Of a stretch of 64,000 nucleotides of DNA, positions 1 to 11,194 are shown piece after piece. Each line of letters opens with the position of its first letter. The stretch's first letter is position 1. The stretch comes from Wickerhamiella versatilis (Eukaryota): the NCBI GenBank assembly GCA_030867685.1, contig JAQOWU010000008.1, positions 4,402,001-4,466,000 of the forward strand, in the 5' to 3' direction. The translations under genes and the position numbers were made by a program. Below the pieces are notes generated by a model that saw only the letters and a list, made by a program, of their open reading frames with translations, had not been told where the DNA came from and made no database searches.

Positions 1-921
1 TAATAAGCCAGAGCTGCTAGATGTTTCTGATTACCTGCTCCTAAACTGCCAAAGAGGTCGATGTTGGCTAACACGAATACGGTAATACCAAGTAAGCCTA
101 CATAAAATTTATTCCTGTTTTTTAGAGGTGGGCAGGCAAAAAGTTTTTTTGTAGAACATGAATTCACGTGCCGTAGAATGCTCTATTCGGCTATCCTTAC
201 GATAGAATAACCTTATTTAGACTCCACTTATCATAAAGCTTATGAAACCGCTGGTTCACCAAAAAATACATGATAGCCCAGATTAGCTGAATATTTGGAG
301 CTTATTGCCAGCGCGAAATATTGAGCCTGGGTGTCAAGCACTGCGGGGTAATGTACTTTATCACTTAGGGTTGAGGGTTGTGTTGCATGATCCTAGTACT
401 GGTAAGCTTTCCAGTGAAGTGGCCTACTGTGTGACTGTGAGCACCAAAAGTATCTTTATATATTAATATTTGCGGGTAAAATTTCAAGTTTCGCAGCCGG
501 AAATCCAGCTTTTTAGAGAAGATTAGTGACCTGATAACTCCCTCACGCTATTCGCTTTGCCTTTGCCTCACCCCATGGTACTAAGTCTGACACAGAGAAT
601 TTTCGACAAAACGGAAGAGGAAAAATCTCAGACATTTCGCCGTGCATCGCTACCTGGGAAAAAGACTGCATAATGAAGTTCATAACGCCGACTTTGATAG
701 TTAGAAGTATCTACTAGATTTCAGCATGCGAACTCTAACAAGAGACATAATGCTTTTAGTTCTTTTAGTTTTGACTAAGTCAAGAAGATGCAGCTTGAGA
801 TCGATCCAAGCTAAAAAAGATTAATTTAGTCATATATACTTGCTGTCGTGTACCTGCCTACATTCCTGTCTGAATGGCCAGAATGCAATGATTATATAAA
901 GCTCGATTCTCACAATATCTC

Positions 922-1707
922 ATGGGTTTACGGGTTAAAAATAAAATTGCACTGGTTACGGGTGGTGCCAAGGGTCTGGGAAAGGCGATATCAAACCTGC
1001 TAGCCGAAGAGGGTGCTACGGTGTTCGTCACAGATATGGATGAGGTTGCAGGCGCTGAGACCGTGGCCAAGATGAAAGCTGAAGGTTACCTCGCCTTTTT
1101 CTTCAGGCTTAACGTTGCCTTAGAGTCCGACTGGAAGAACGTTCTAAGCGAAGTGGAGGAGAAGTATGGCCGACTCGATATTTTGGTAAATAATGCGGGG
1201 ATCGCGATTTTTGAGAGCGTGCAAGACTCGAGTTTGGAAAATTGGCGCAAGGTTCTCAGTATTAACTTGGATGGTGTTTTCCTAGGTACAAAATATGCTA
1301 TTGAACTTATGAAGCCCCAGAAGAGTGGTAGTATTGTCAACCTGTCCTCCATAGAAGGCATCGTTGGTGACCCAAGACTCGCGGCTTATAACGCCAGTAA
1401 GGGTGGAGTGAAGCTTTTCAGCATGTCATCTGCTCTGGATGTTGCTAAAAGTGGTATTAGAGTCAACACTATTCACCCTGGCTACATCGAAACTGATATG
1501 GTAAAACAAAATTGTGCGGAGAGCGAGCCAGAGACTAAAGATTTCCGGGAAACAGCTAAGTACCGAGAACTTGCAAGTTTGCATCCTGTTGGAAGGCTTG
1601 GACAACCCATTGATATCGCTTATGGTGTTTTATACTTAGCGTCTGATGAATCGAAGTTCGTAACCGGCAGCCAGCTAGTAATAGATGGTGGATATACTGC
1701 TCAATAG
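922..1707 (+). CDS. Classical short-chain dehydrogenase/reductase, bacterial-like (R-specific alcohol / cyclopentanol dehydrogenase type)
   Basis: TGGAKGLG Rossmann motif, NNAG, YNASK catalytic motif, C-terminal IDGGYTAQ; TATATAAA at about 894-900. Confidence 0.9.
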   Translation: MGLRVKNKIALVTGGAKGLGKAISNLLAEEGATVFVTDMDEVAGAETVAKMKAEGYLAFFFRLNVALESDWKNVLSEVEEKYGRLDILVNNAGIAIFESVQDSSLENWRKVLSINLDGVFLGTKYAIELMKPQKSGSIVNLSSIEGIVGDPRLAAYNASKGGVKLFSMSSALDVAKSGIRVNTIHPGYIETDMVKQNCAESEPETKDFRETAKYRELASLHPVGRLGQPIDIAYGVLYLASDESKFVTGSQLVIDGGYTAQ

Positions 1708-2179
1708 GCTCAGCAGGGTGATTTATGGGCATTTCTGAGATTTTCAAATGCAATTCTTGTCATTTTATTATTTTCTGGATCCTAAGACTATTACTGTTAA
1801 TAGGACTGACTGAATTGTTGAATTTCTAGTAGTAGACATAGCAGCATAAACCATGTGTGCCAAACTAGCATTGCTCATATAAATAGCCATAGGCCTGAGA
1901 CTTGTTGAACAATGTAAGATAGCCCACAGATTGAGCAAGTGCGAAAGGCCTATCCCAAACTTTATAATGTGATTATGCAGTATTTGCGGATGCAATAGTT
2001 CCTATCGCGTACTGACTTGACCCAAATGAGTACATTTATCGAAGAGCAGTGTGTTTGTCTGCGAATGCTGCTATATTAGCGTACAGAATAGATGTTTGAC
2101 CTGGGTAAGGGATTGGCGGAGATAACCATGTGAACCCTAGAAGCACAGATGTTTCTTGTTTCACGTGCATCGAGTGACA

Positions 2180-3022
2180 ATGAAGTTCTTGCTTCCTATT
2201 CTGACCGCCATTCCTCTTGCTGTTGTCGCGAAAGAGACTATTAATCTCGATCCAGAAGCTTATTTCGACCTCTATGGAAATCCTATGCCGGTGCATGATT
2301 TCGAAACTCGTCTCGAGTATATCAGTTCATATGACAGGGAGAGGCGAATTCCAAAATGGGTGATAGAACATATGACGAGTGAGAGTGTTGGAAAGGATTC
2401 AGCAGAACGAGATGAATCACATTTTCGAGAGGATACCGCCATTCCCGAACAATTTCGGGCACGTCTCGAGGACTACTATAGGAGTGGCTATGATAGGGGA
2501 CATCACGCGGCAGCGGCAGACTGTAGTTTTAGCCAGGATGCAATGGATGAAAGTTTTTATCTGACGAACATGGCACCTCAAGTAGGGGTGGGATTCAATC
2601 GCCAATACTGGGCCTACTTTGAGGCATTTGTTCGCAATTTGACCGAGAAATATGATAGTATCCGGGTGATTACTGGCTCTCTATTCTTGCCCACGAAAGA
2701 TGACAGTGACGGAAAATGGCGAGTAACGTATGAAGTAATTGGAAATCCACCTACTGTGGCAGTGCCTACCCACTTTTATAAAATAATTATCGGGGAATCA
2801 TCAGATTCCAGCCAATCTGATGATAGTGTGGCTGTAGGTGCTTTTATCCTGCCCAACAAATATATATCTGAGGATACGAATTTGACATCTTTCTCTGCTT
2901 CTGTGAACGACATTGAAAGCAATTCTGGACTCGTGTTCTTCCCAAATCTTACGTCCAGTGATACTCGCGAGTTATGCAAGGAAGTGGAGTGTAAGGTGGA
3001 AGCATTTCATTTCGATGATTAG
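2180..3022 (+). CDS. Secreted DNA/RNA non-specific endonuclease (Nuc1/EndoG family)
   Basis: YDRGHHAAAAD active-site motif, FYLTNMAPQVG.GFNR.YW, VAVPTHFYK. First ATG is at 2180 and gives a signal-peptide-like MKFLLPILTAIPLAVVA; the ORF track start at 2156 is a TTG. Confidence 0.9.
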   Translation: MKFLLPILTAIPLAVVAKETINLDPEAYFDLYGNPMPVHDFETRLEYISSYDRERRIPKWVIEHMTSESVGKDSAERDESHFREDTAIPEQFRARLEDYYRSGYDRGHHAAAADCSFSQDAMDESFYLTNMAPQVGVGFNRQYWAYFEAFVRNLTEKYDSIRVITGSLFLPTKDDSDGKWRVTYEVIGNPPTVAVPTHFYKIIIGESSDSSQSDDSVAVGAFILPNKYISEDTNLTSFSASVNDIESNSGLVFFPNLTSSDTRELCKEVECKVEAFHFDD

Positions 3023-3166
3023 AATTTTGGTCTTACTTTGGGAAAGCATACTTATCGTAAAGAAGAACCGAGTCTGGCTCTTTCTAGTTTTGAATAATGT
3101 CACAAATCGTCTCAGAGGCCATAAGCCGAGAGCATTATTCGGAGGTTTATAAGATGGTACCATATC

Positions 3167-3200
<34 letters not shown>

Positions 3201-3206
3201 TAATAA
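3167..3206. repeat. (AAT)11 microsatellite with imperfect extension
   Basis: Directly visible AAT run. Confidence 0.95.
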
Positions 3207-3491
3207 CCAGTTTATTAACTTTGTAAGAAATGAGTGGCCTTTCAGTTAGCGGTCCTTCGGTTTTGATCACGAGAAATCATCCAATGAGTACTATGAAGAA
3301 AAAACACCTGAATTCTCGCTCTTCGTTCCCCTAAGAACTGTTAAATATATTTGCTATTGTCTTTCAAGTTGAAGCTTTAGCGAATAGTGTTATTACAAAT
3401 GAAACTATTGTTTTCTCAAAAAGAGAATACAAAGAGCACAAAATAAGGACAACAGGATGCGCTTATCATAAAGTATATAATTCTTATCATA

Positions 3492-4528
3492 TCAAGTCCT
3501 TCTAAGTTCGTTGATAGTTGTTTCGAGCCATGCTATCTGGTCTTCAGCAAAATTTATGACTTCATCAGCATCAACATCACGCTCATCGAACTTGGAACGC
3601 ATAACTTGAAATCTTTGCTGAAGATTTTCAAGCCTGTATTTGGAATACTGACTCCGCAATTCAGCAAGATTAGATTGCTTTACCATGTTTCGTAACGTGG
3701 ACGCATCAGGAACCATGGGGTCGCGTGGTCTAAGGGATGTTGCGAAAGCAATGCGTTCAGGGCAATTGACGGAGCGCAATGCCGCATGCAGAAGCTTTTG
3801 ACCTTGCATTACTACAACCTTCCCTAACGCTGGTCCAGGGACAACATGTGTGCTACCATCTTTTGCCCTTATCGCCGTTTCACCACCTAGCATACCAGTA
3901 GTATCACTTAGCATGAGCACAGCAACGAACGGCATGCAGTCGTGGTGCCAATCATCTATAGGCCTATCATCGAATGCACTAGGCGGCAGCCTTTCGGATT
4001 CGGGAAGAGGAGCTGCAGGGATGCAAGATAAGTCCCGAACTCCCTCAGCACCTTTCGCACCTAGTTGAATGTTTGTGTGGCCAACCTCGTAGTCCAAGCC
4101 TTGTACAAGGTCGATACCTGCGGCACGGGATATTGCCTCCATAACAAGCGGGTGAGTCAAAGCATCATAAATAAATCGGGAGTACTTTGGAGCAAACCCG
4201 CGAACTGTATATGGTGCACGCTCCCAGCTATAAACGCAATTTTCCTGAACCGGAGCTGATAGCAAATCATTACGCATAAGCCTAATAGCTTCCTCTGTGA
4301 AAATTCGGAATGGGGCGGTGACAGCAACTTCACTTATAGCATCTTTTTATTATCGAATCCAAAATCTGACATCTTCTTTATCCAAGCAGGCTCTTCAATG
4401 GCAAGATGCTTTGCTGGATCGAACTTGACTGTTGTGGGAGTGTATTTCCACCCCTTCAGTGCTAGGGTATCTGGTGCAGATTGAGAATTCTCAATTGAAT
4501 ATGAGCTTGTAACACTGCTTTCTGTCAT
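3492..4528 (-). pseudogene. Fe(II)/2-oxoglutarate dioxygenase-like gene split by a frameshift (paralog of 42285-43340)
   Basis: ORFs 4334-4528 and 3492-4277 align consecutively to the intact paralog. Switching frame at the A5 run (4344-4348) restores DAISEVAVTAPFRIFTEEAIRLMRND. WHHD...H...R motifs retained. Confidence 0.8.
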
Positions 4529-5181
4529 TTCAGTTCTGATGCAACTCTCCTATTCACAGGACTTATATAGTCATTACTCGCATTCCGACGGATTTCGACA
4601 AAGGCTCCATTAGTCAGTCATTTGGCAGAAAACCCACGCGATGCTGCTGGGTGTTTCAAGACATAGCTTAACATATTAGGGCAAAATGCTATTATCTGGG
4701 AACATATTAATTCCAATTGAGATGAGTGGCTTGAATGAAACATGATATACACGGATATGTAAATCGTGCTCATATTGACTCTTGAGAAAATCAGCGTCAG
4801 TAGTTGTTACCTTTTTGATTGAAATTTTTTCATGCTCTAAAGATCAATGTCTCTATCTGTTTGCCTTTTCATCGCAAATTTGCGAATATCTAACAACGAC
4901 CGATGGTCGGCTTCCGTCGGAATTTGACCAAGATAACGTATTGGTGGATTGATAAGGGTATGTCGGGCTTAGAAGTTAGCAGAAAGAATCGCAGATGCTA
5001 TTCACAGATGTCAATAATTTAGTATTTTTCAATTGTATCCATCTAGAAGTTAAACTCGACCTAGAGTGGAGGTACGCTGATTTCATAGCAACAGTAACTT
5101 AAAAGAACAGGATGTACAGAGTGATTGGATTATTCATAAGTTGAGCACTTTGACCCCGCCTAGATTCGTAAAAGTGATGGT

Positions 5182-7074
5182 ATGGCCAACACAAGGCCGT
5201 CGCTAGATACATTTAGTGCGAAAGTGGATGGAGCTCGACGAAAAAAGATTAGCAGGGCTTGTGCAAATTGTCGCCAGCGGAAAACGAGATGCTTTTTTGA
5301 TATCAGCGGCGACAAGTGCAGAAGATGTCGAGAAGAGTTATTAAACTGTGAAGTAAGGGAACAAGATCGAAGAGGTGGCTATGCTAATGTTATTATGGGA
5401 AGGATGCGTAACAGTAAAGTGTGCTCTAGTCCGCATAAATATCGTTCCACTGCAGGAAGTCAGACTTCTGACATTTCTAAGGAGCCTCTTCTTAGGGGTG
5501 AGGTACTCACTGGCGATGATGCAGCTAGCCTCCTTAACAACGCATCATCTGAAGATAGAAGTAATCCCGGTATTACTACGTTAACGCAGAACAGCAACGA
5601 TACTGCCCGGATTGGCCACCCTCTACCAGAAGATAATGGACACGAACCTGAAACTATTCAGGAATCTTCGATTGTTAGAGATAACATATTAACCGCGGAA
5701 GCGGCTTTGCGGTTTGTAAGTTTCTTCTTTGATAAAATGGCGAATATATATCATCCGTTTTTCCCTCACGAGTTCAGAGAACCCGATGTCCTTTGCACAC
5801 AACCAGCGCTGCTAGCCGTTGTGTGCGCAATTGGAGCACGCTGCCAAGACAAAAATGTTGAAGACCGACTGCTTCATAGGAAACTCTGGATTCATTACCG
5901 CGAAACCGTAAGTAGACTCCTGTGGGACTGTCCTGACAGTCAGGTGAGATCAGTTGTATCTTCTGTAATATTATTATGTGAATGGCTACCCGCAGCACTA
6001 CTTTCAGAAAGTTCTTCACCTAAGAGCGTACTAAGGAAGCATTCAGATATTTGTTGGCCTTTAGTGGGGCAAACAATTCGTTTTGCTGGATGCAAGGGCT
6101 TATTAGATCATGATATTTGCCTTAAAATCGCTTTACATTTTGCAGATCATAACTTAGCATGCAGATTGGGCCAACAGCCAATGCTTGGTTTAGTCGATCC
6201 TGATGAAGAGCTACCAGAAAATCTTGTAGAACCATTTCTCTTGACGGACTATGCCCGTCTAGGTATTGTAAAGATCTTGAATCATGCTCAGAGCTCTCTT
6301 TATAGCTCGCGTAAAACTACCTATCAACTTGTTGCATCCGGTCAGCATGTAACCATACTGAACTTTTTATTGCCGCAAGTGAACAAGTGGAAAGAGGATT
6401 TTCGGGAGATTGAGCGAAGTAACGATTGGATATGTCGTTCAGTAATGCATGAATTTTCGTACTTGCAGTTGTATCTTTTTTCCATAGTGCTGGTGCAGTT
6501 AGAGCTGTTTCCGCTAAGTGGATCGAAAACATTTCTGGAGTCATACAAGTTCCTATATATGGCAGTTGAAGCTGCAACATACATTGTTGACCATGAATCA
6601 TCGCCCGAATGTCCTGTTGATCGATGCTTCTCCCCGGTGAGCTGGATAAGTCGGCTTCTCCATGCATCAGTCTTTTTGGCTAAGACAATACTGATCGGGA
6701 CGGTTTACAGCACACTAGAGCAACAATTAACTACGCTGCATACTTTGTCTAAAGCATCCGACACCATGGCTACCCTACCACCCGAGGGTCTTAATTCGTA
6801 TTCCAAGCCTCTGAAGCTTATCTGTGAAAAATTTCTTCCAAAACACACTGCAGAAGATCGTGCTTATATCTTGCGAAATGGTAGCAATTTTCCATTCGAA
6901 TCGGGTTTAGCGACTGACCTGCCAGTTCAGCGCGGTATTGGGAAAATTCACCAAGATGAAAACTTATTTTCAGAAAATACTACGAGTATCGAAAAGTCGG
7001 AAATATTGGATTTCTTAGACAATGAGAGCATCCTTTCTTTTCTCGGTGACACACTAGACCAAGGCGTATATTAG
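5182..7074 (+). CDS. Zn(II)2Cys6 transcription factor (possibly Aro80-like)
   Basis: ACANCRQRKTRC...CRRC...C binuclear cluster followed by a fungal TF middle region. Confidence 0.9.
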   Translation: MANTRPSLDTFSAKVDGARRKKISRACANCRQRKTRCFFDISGDKCRRCREELLNCEVREQDRRGGYANVIMGRMRNSKVCSSPHKYRSTAGSQTSDISKEPLLRGEVLTGDDAASLLNNASSEDRSNPGITTLTQNSNDTARIGHPLPEDNGHEPETIQESSIVRDNILTAEAALRFVSFFFDKMANIYHPFFPHEFREPDVLCTQPALLAVVCAIGARCQDKNVEDRLLHRKLWIHYRETVSRLLWDCPDSQVRSVVSSVILLCEWLPAALLSESSSPKSVLRKHSDICWPLVGQTIRFAGCKGLLDHDICLKIALHFADHNLACRLGQQPMLGLVDPDEELPENLVEPFLLTDYARLGIVKILNHAQSSLYSSRKTTYQLVASGQHVTILNFLLPQVNKWKEDFREIERSNDWICRSVMHEFSYLQLYLFSIVLVQLELFPLSGSKTFLESYKFLYMAVEAATYIVDHESSPECPVDRCFSPVSWISRLLHASVFLAKTILIGTVYSTLEQQLTTLHTLSKASDTMATLPPEGLNSYSKPLKLICEKFLPKHTAEDRAYILRNGSNFPFESGLATDLPVQRGIGKIHQDENLFSENTTSIEKSEILDFLDNESILSFLGDTLDQGVY

Positions 7075-7313
7075 TTTCACATTGCTTGAGGTACGTGATG
7101 GTTGACAGAGATTAATTGTACATCTCAAGATGACCAACTTAACAGCTCCCAAGCAATTTGATACGATACATCATGCTAGTTGGATTGGTTTAGGCTGGAT
7201 AATATAATAGGAATTTGTGTCCACAAAACTTAAAAGAGCTTAAATACACAAAAACTGCACTATAGAAAGCAAATGCTAACAAAAAGAGTGTCTCAAATAG
7301 AATATCCAAGATA

Positions 7314-9077
7314 TTATCTATCATCATAGTAATGAGACGCAATACGACTAATGCTATCATTGCGCGCGCGGGTCTCGTCGTCGAGGTCGTTGTCACTAAC
7401 ATGTACCGTATCCTTGTTGGCGGCGAGTGCCTGAGCAAACTTGGAGGCGCCTCGAATCTGTGGGCCAAATATGTAAAAGATGTAAACAGGGATAACAATG
7501 AAGATAGAAATGCAACCGAGAATAAGGGAGGCCCATTGAAGATGGAGAGTTCCTATATTGAGATATAGGGGCTGGGCGTACATGGCGGCAATGCCAGCCA
7601 TGAGATCTCGAGAAAAGGCATTACCACCCGAAGCCGAAGCCGAGTAAGGACCATAAGAGGCAATCATATAATCGACAGAGGCGAAATAGATCGAATAGTT
7701 TGCTACCGCGATGCAAGCACCAAACAGCATAGACGCGATCCAAGGGATCTTGTAGGGCTTCCATGTCGTCCATGCAAAACCGATAAGTCCAATAGGTTCG
7801 AAGGGAGCCAAAAATAGAAGAAGCAGCATACGACGCTCTGCATGACGTGAATCATCACCGTACCTGTTAATGACATGTCGTTGGCGCGCAACATCAATAT
7901 AGTGCAAACCACAACCGATGAAATAAGCAATGTTGATACAAAGAAAGGCAAGACCTGTTGCGGTATTTCCAAATCCCCAATTTGAAGGATAAACAAACGA
8001 AAAAGATTCTTCGAAGGTAAAAATAAGACCGTCGGAGAAACCAGATAGAAGGGAAAGGAAAGTTACAATAGGTTCAGTGAGAAGCATCTCATAGGGACGG
8101 CGCATAAGGACCAGAAGGTGCTTAATATCGAAGGGGTGGATTTCAGTGGGTCCCCAGATGTTCTCGTCCTCACCCTCCTTACGTCTGCGCTTCGCCTCTC
8201 TGTCCATGAGAACTGTTGTACGGGTTTCAGGACAAAGGCAAAAGTGAATTGCTTGAACAATGCCACCAAAAATAAGCATGATCCAGAAATGCCAGTGCCA
8301 GCTAAGCTGGTCCTGCATGATTCCTCCGAACACAGGGCCTATAGAGGTTCCGATACAAGAGGCCAATACTAGGAACGCAAGGGCGAACCCATGACGGTTG
8401 GATTCCCACATGTCGGCAACCATACCCAATGTGACAGAACCGCCTGCAGAAGAGATTCCTCCAAGGGCACGAGCCACACAGATAGAAGCGTAGTTAGGAG
8501 CCAGACCTCCTAGAACTTGCCAGACATTGACAAGAGTCAGGGACGCCTGCATGACGGGCCATCTTCCAAACTGCTCAGAAAGAGGAGCCCAAAGTTCGCA
8601 ACCGATCGCATAGGGTATCATGAATAGGAGCTGCGACACACGAGCTTTTTGGGACGATATACCAAATTCATCAGGGAACATGGCCAGGGTGTTAGGGTAC
8701 ACTGAAGTATTGAAGTTCATAGAAATCTGGATCGAAGAAATAATCAAGATAACACCCCACTTCTTCCATCTAGGCCATGAGAATCCTAGCTTATCCCAGC
8801 AGTCCTTAGCCCGCATTTCACGACGGCCATCAGGATAGAGGATACCTGGTAGTTTAGGGTGCTCCAGGACAACATTTCCATGGTCGTCTTCATACTTGAC
8901 GGTTTCATCCCGATCCTCTAGGGTATCGCGGAGCTGGGAGTGTGTCTTTTGCAGCAGCTCACCAGTTGAGGGGGGTGGCCCAGGATTTGCCTGGCTTGAC
9001 CCCGCATCTTTTTCGACATCTCTCAAAGTCTCCGGGATTGAATCCACATCATCCTTTCCCACACTTCGGTCTGACAT
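7314..9077 (-). CDS. FFZ1: MFS DHA1-family transporter, Ffz-type fructose facilitator
   Basis: About 12 hydrophobic helices; motifs KLGFSWPRWKKW, QISMNFNTSVY, YAIGCELWAP, SSAGGSVTLGMVADMW, YGPYSASASGGN recalled as typical of Ffz-like proteins. Confidence 0.75.
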   Translation of the reverse strand: MSDRSVGKDDVDSIPETLRDVEKDAGSSQANPGPPPSTGELLQKTHSQLRDTLEDRDETVKYEDDHGNVVLEHPKLPGILYPDGRREMRAKDCWDKLGFSWPRWKKWGVILIISSIQISMNFNTSVYPNTLAMFPDEFGISSQKARVSQLLFMIPYAIGCELWAPLSEQFGRWPVMQASLTLVNVWQVLGGLAPNYASICVARALGGISSAGGSVTLGMVADMWESNRHGFALAFLVLASCIGTSIGPVFGGIMQDQLSWHWHFWIMLIFGGIVQAIHFCLCPETRTTVLMDREAKRRRKEGEDENIWGPTEIHPFDIKHLLVLMRRPYEMLLTEPIVTFLSLLSGFSDGLIFTFEESFSFVYPSNWGFGNTATGLAFLCINIAYFIGCGLHYIDVARQRHVINRYGDDSRHAERRMLLLLFLAPFEPIGLIGFAWTTWKPYKIPWIASMLFGACIAVANYSIYFASVDYMIASYGPYSASASGGNAFSRDLMAGIAAMYAQPLYLNIGTLHLQWASLILGCISIFIVIPVYIFYIFGPQIRGASKFAQALAANKDTVHVSDNDLDDETRARNDSISRIASHYYDDR

Positions 9078-11194
9078 GGTTCAAAGGGCAAATTACTTTG
9101 TTGATGTATGTATATATCTCAGGTATATGATGTAAGCAATTTACTAAATCGTGAGTCACAGAGGACTAAGCGGAAAAAATGATTACAATTCTCCCTGTTA
9201 GTGACATATTATGCCTGATTAGGCAATTTGGGTGGGGTGTCAGCTCCCCAGAGGCATGTATTGGTAGTTTCAAACCCTCTTAAAGCAATATTTATGTAGC
9301 TTATATGCGTGCTATGCCCCTTGGAGCTTGCCCACTGTACAAATTGACATGTGCCTACCTACAGTACTCCCCCAATGCTTCAGGCAAGTCGTAGCCGTTA
9401 GGATATGTCACCATCACAAAATCGGGTGTTCCGAGACCGATGGGAAGGTATGAGATTAATCGACGCTATTTACACACCATAATTCAATACTCAAGAGGAA
9501 TTAAAACATTAATTTTATTAAAAAAACTCTGCGTAATGATCGAATTAGTGCCTAAAACCACAGAGAGTCAGGGACCGTACTCGGGATAGGTCTGGCAAAG
9601 TGGTTAGGGTAATGACAACAACCCCGAAATGGACTTGTCGAGCAGCCATATTGCTACTTTGGTAATTGAGATTAGTAACGTGTGATTCGTTCAGGCAAGA
9701 CAGTGTAGTGAAGCACAGTGCACGTAATATTTCCCCATAATTTTTATACTGCGGGCATAGGTACATCGCAAATCGGTGGTCTCAGGATAAGGAGTTGAAG
9801 ATCAGTAATGAAAAGAGTATAGACGAGTTATGAATACAAATGGTTGTAATCAGACTTGGTGATATAGAAATAAGAATCATGGCAGCGATGCATCGTATTA
9901 AAATAAATCTTTGAAATACTTTTGTACTAAAGAGCCAAACTGGATCATCAAGGATTTGCCGGGGTGGACAACATGCTTGAACTAAGCCACGATCCACCGC
10001 TAGTGAAGAATTAAACATCATAAGTGATGGCAGCAAACCATTATGGTCGAGTAGCGTAGTGACCTAGAAATGGGGAAAAATGAGCTTAATTAAAAAATCG
10101 AAATATACAGAGATGACAAGCACTATCCCTCCTATGCTTGGAAGGTAGGGCGAATACAATTTCCACCAATTGAGTTCTAAGTAATCTGTAGCAAGGGCGC
10201 TGCGTAATCTATTACCCTGATTTCGAGAACCGCAATTGGTTACTTGAATCGAATATACAGAGACTATACGATTGTGATAAAACCATAGAGCTCTCGAAGT
10301 CATAAGAAATCTGGTGTGTAGCAGCTGTAAACCATTTGGCCTACCTTTCTATATGCTTTCTTTACCAACTTTAGAGAGCTACCATTATCAAACATTTTTT
10401 TAATCGAGCAATGACGTCGCCAATTTTTCCAAATAATTAATATATTTACTAAGGACTCGGAAATGTGTGGCAAACTCAAGACAATGCGGGATAGCCCAAA
10501 TGTATGTCGCTTATGATATAATCGAGGACGCTCATAGAATGCTGCTCTAACAGCTCAATGTGGCGTGGTGTCTTACAAGGTACAAACTATCTGTTACCTG
10601 TATGTTTCTAATATGATCAGTTGAGTTCGTGAATCGTAATTGAGACCCATTGAGACCCATTCGTGAGCAAGCAGTCATGTATTTATTATAATACTTATAT
10701 TTGATATACTCGAGTTATTGGGAAGGAAGAAAATTTTTCGAAATTAAAGCGACGTGTGGATGGTCGGGTGCAATTCATTGTCTTAAACACATTCACTAAA
10801 TATAGAACCCCCTTTAGTCGTAACGCATTTATAAGATTAATGGTCAAAACTGGTTTTTAACTCGCTTGCTAGCTGAGAATGGATGAAAAAATTAGAATAG
10901 TCGCCTTTAGCTGTAATTTTCAACTTAAACTGCGCACGGCATGGGTTAGATATTTTCAATTTATTCACTATACTTAATAATCTCGGAAAAGCTATTGATT
11001 TCCGAGAGAAGCCGACAAAATAGGATGCCGATAAAAGCTGTATAAATCACAATGCTACCAGCAGTCGTCCCCTGAAATAGCGAGAGAATAAAAAGCTAGG
11101 TCTATTGCACTTTTTTTACTCTGCGGATCTGGGTAAGACCTGCATGACTCATCCATCCCTTTATATTTAGCATCTTGACATGTTTTGCTCAAAA

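Noticed and set aside
9100..11150. Long intergenic region with 70-85 aa ORFs and a TGAGACCCAT duplication
   Set aside because: No recognisable protein motifs, LTR or terminal repeats; consistent with extended promoter DNA.
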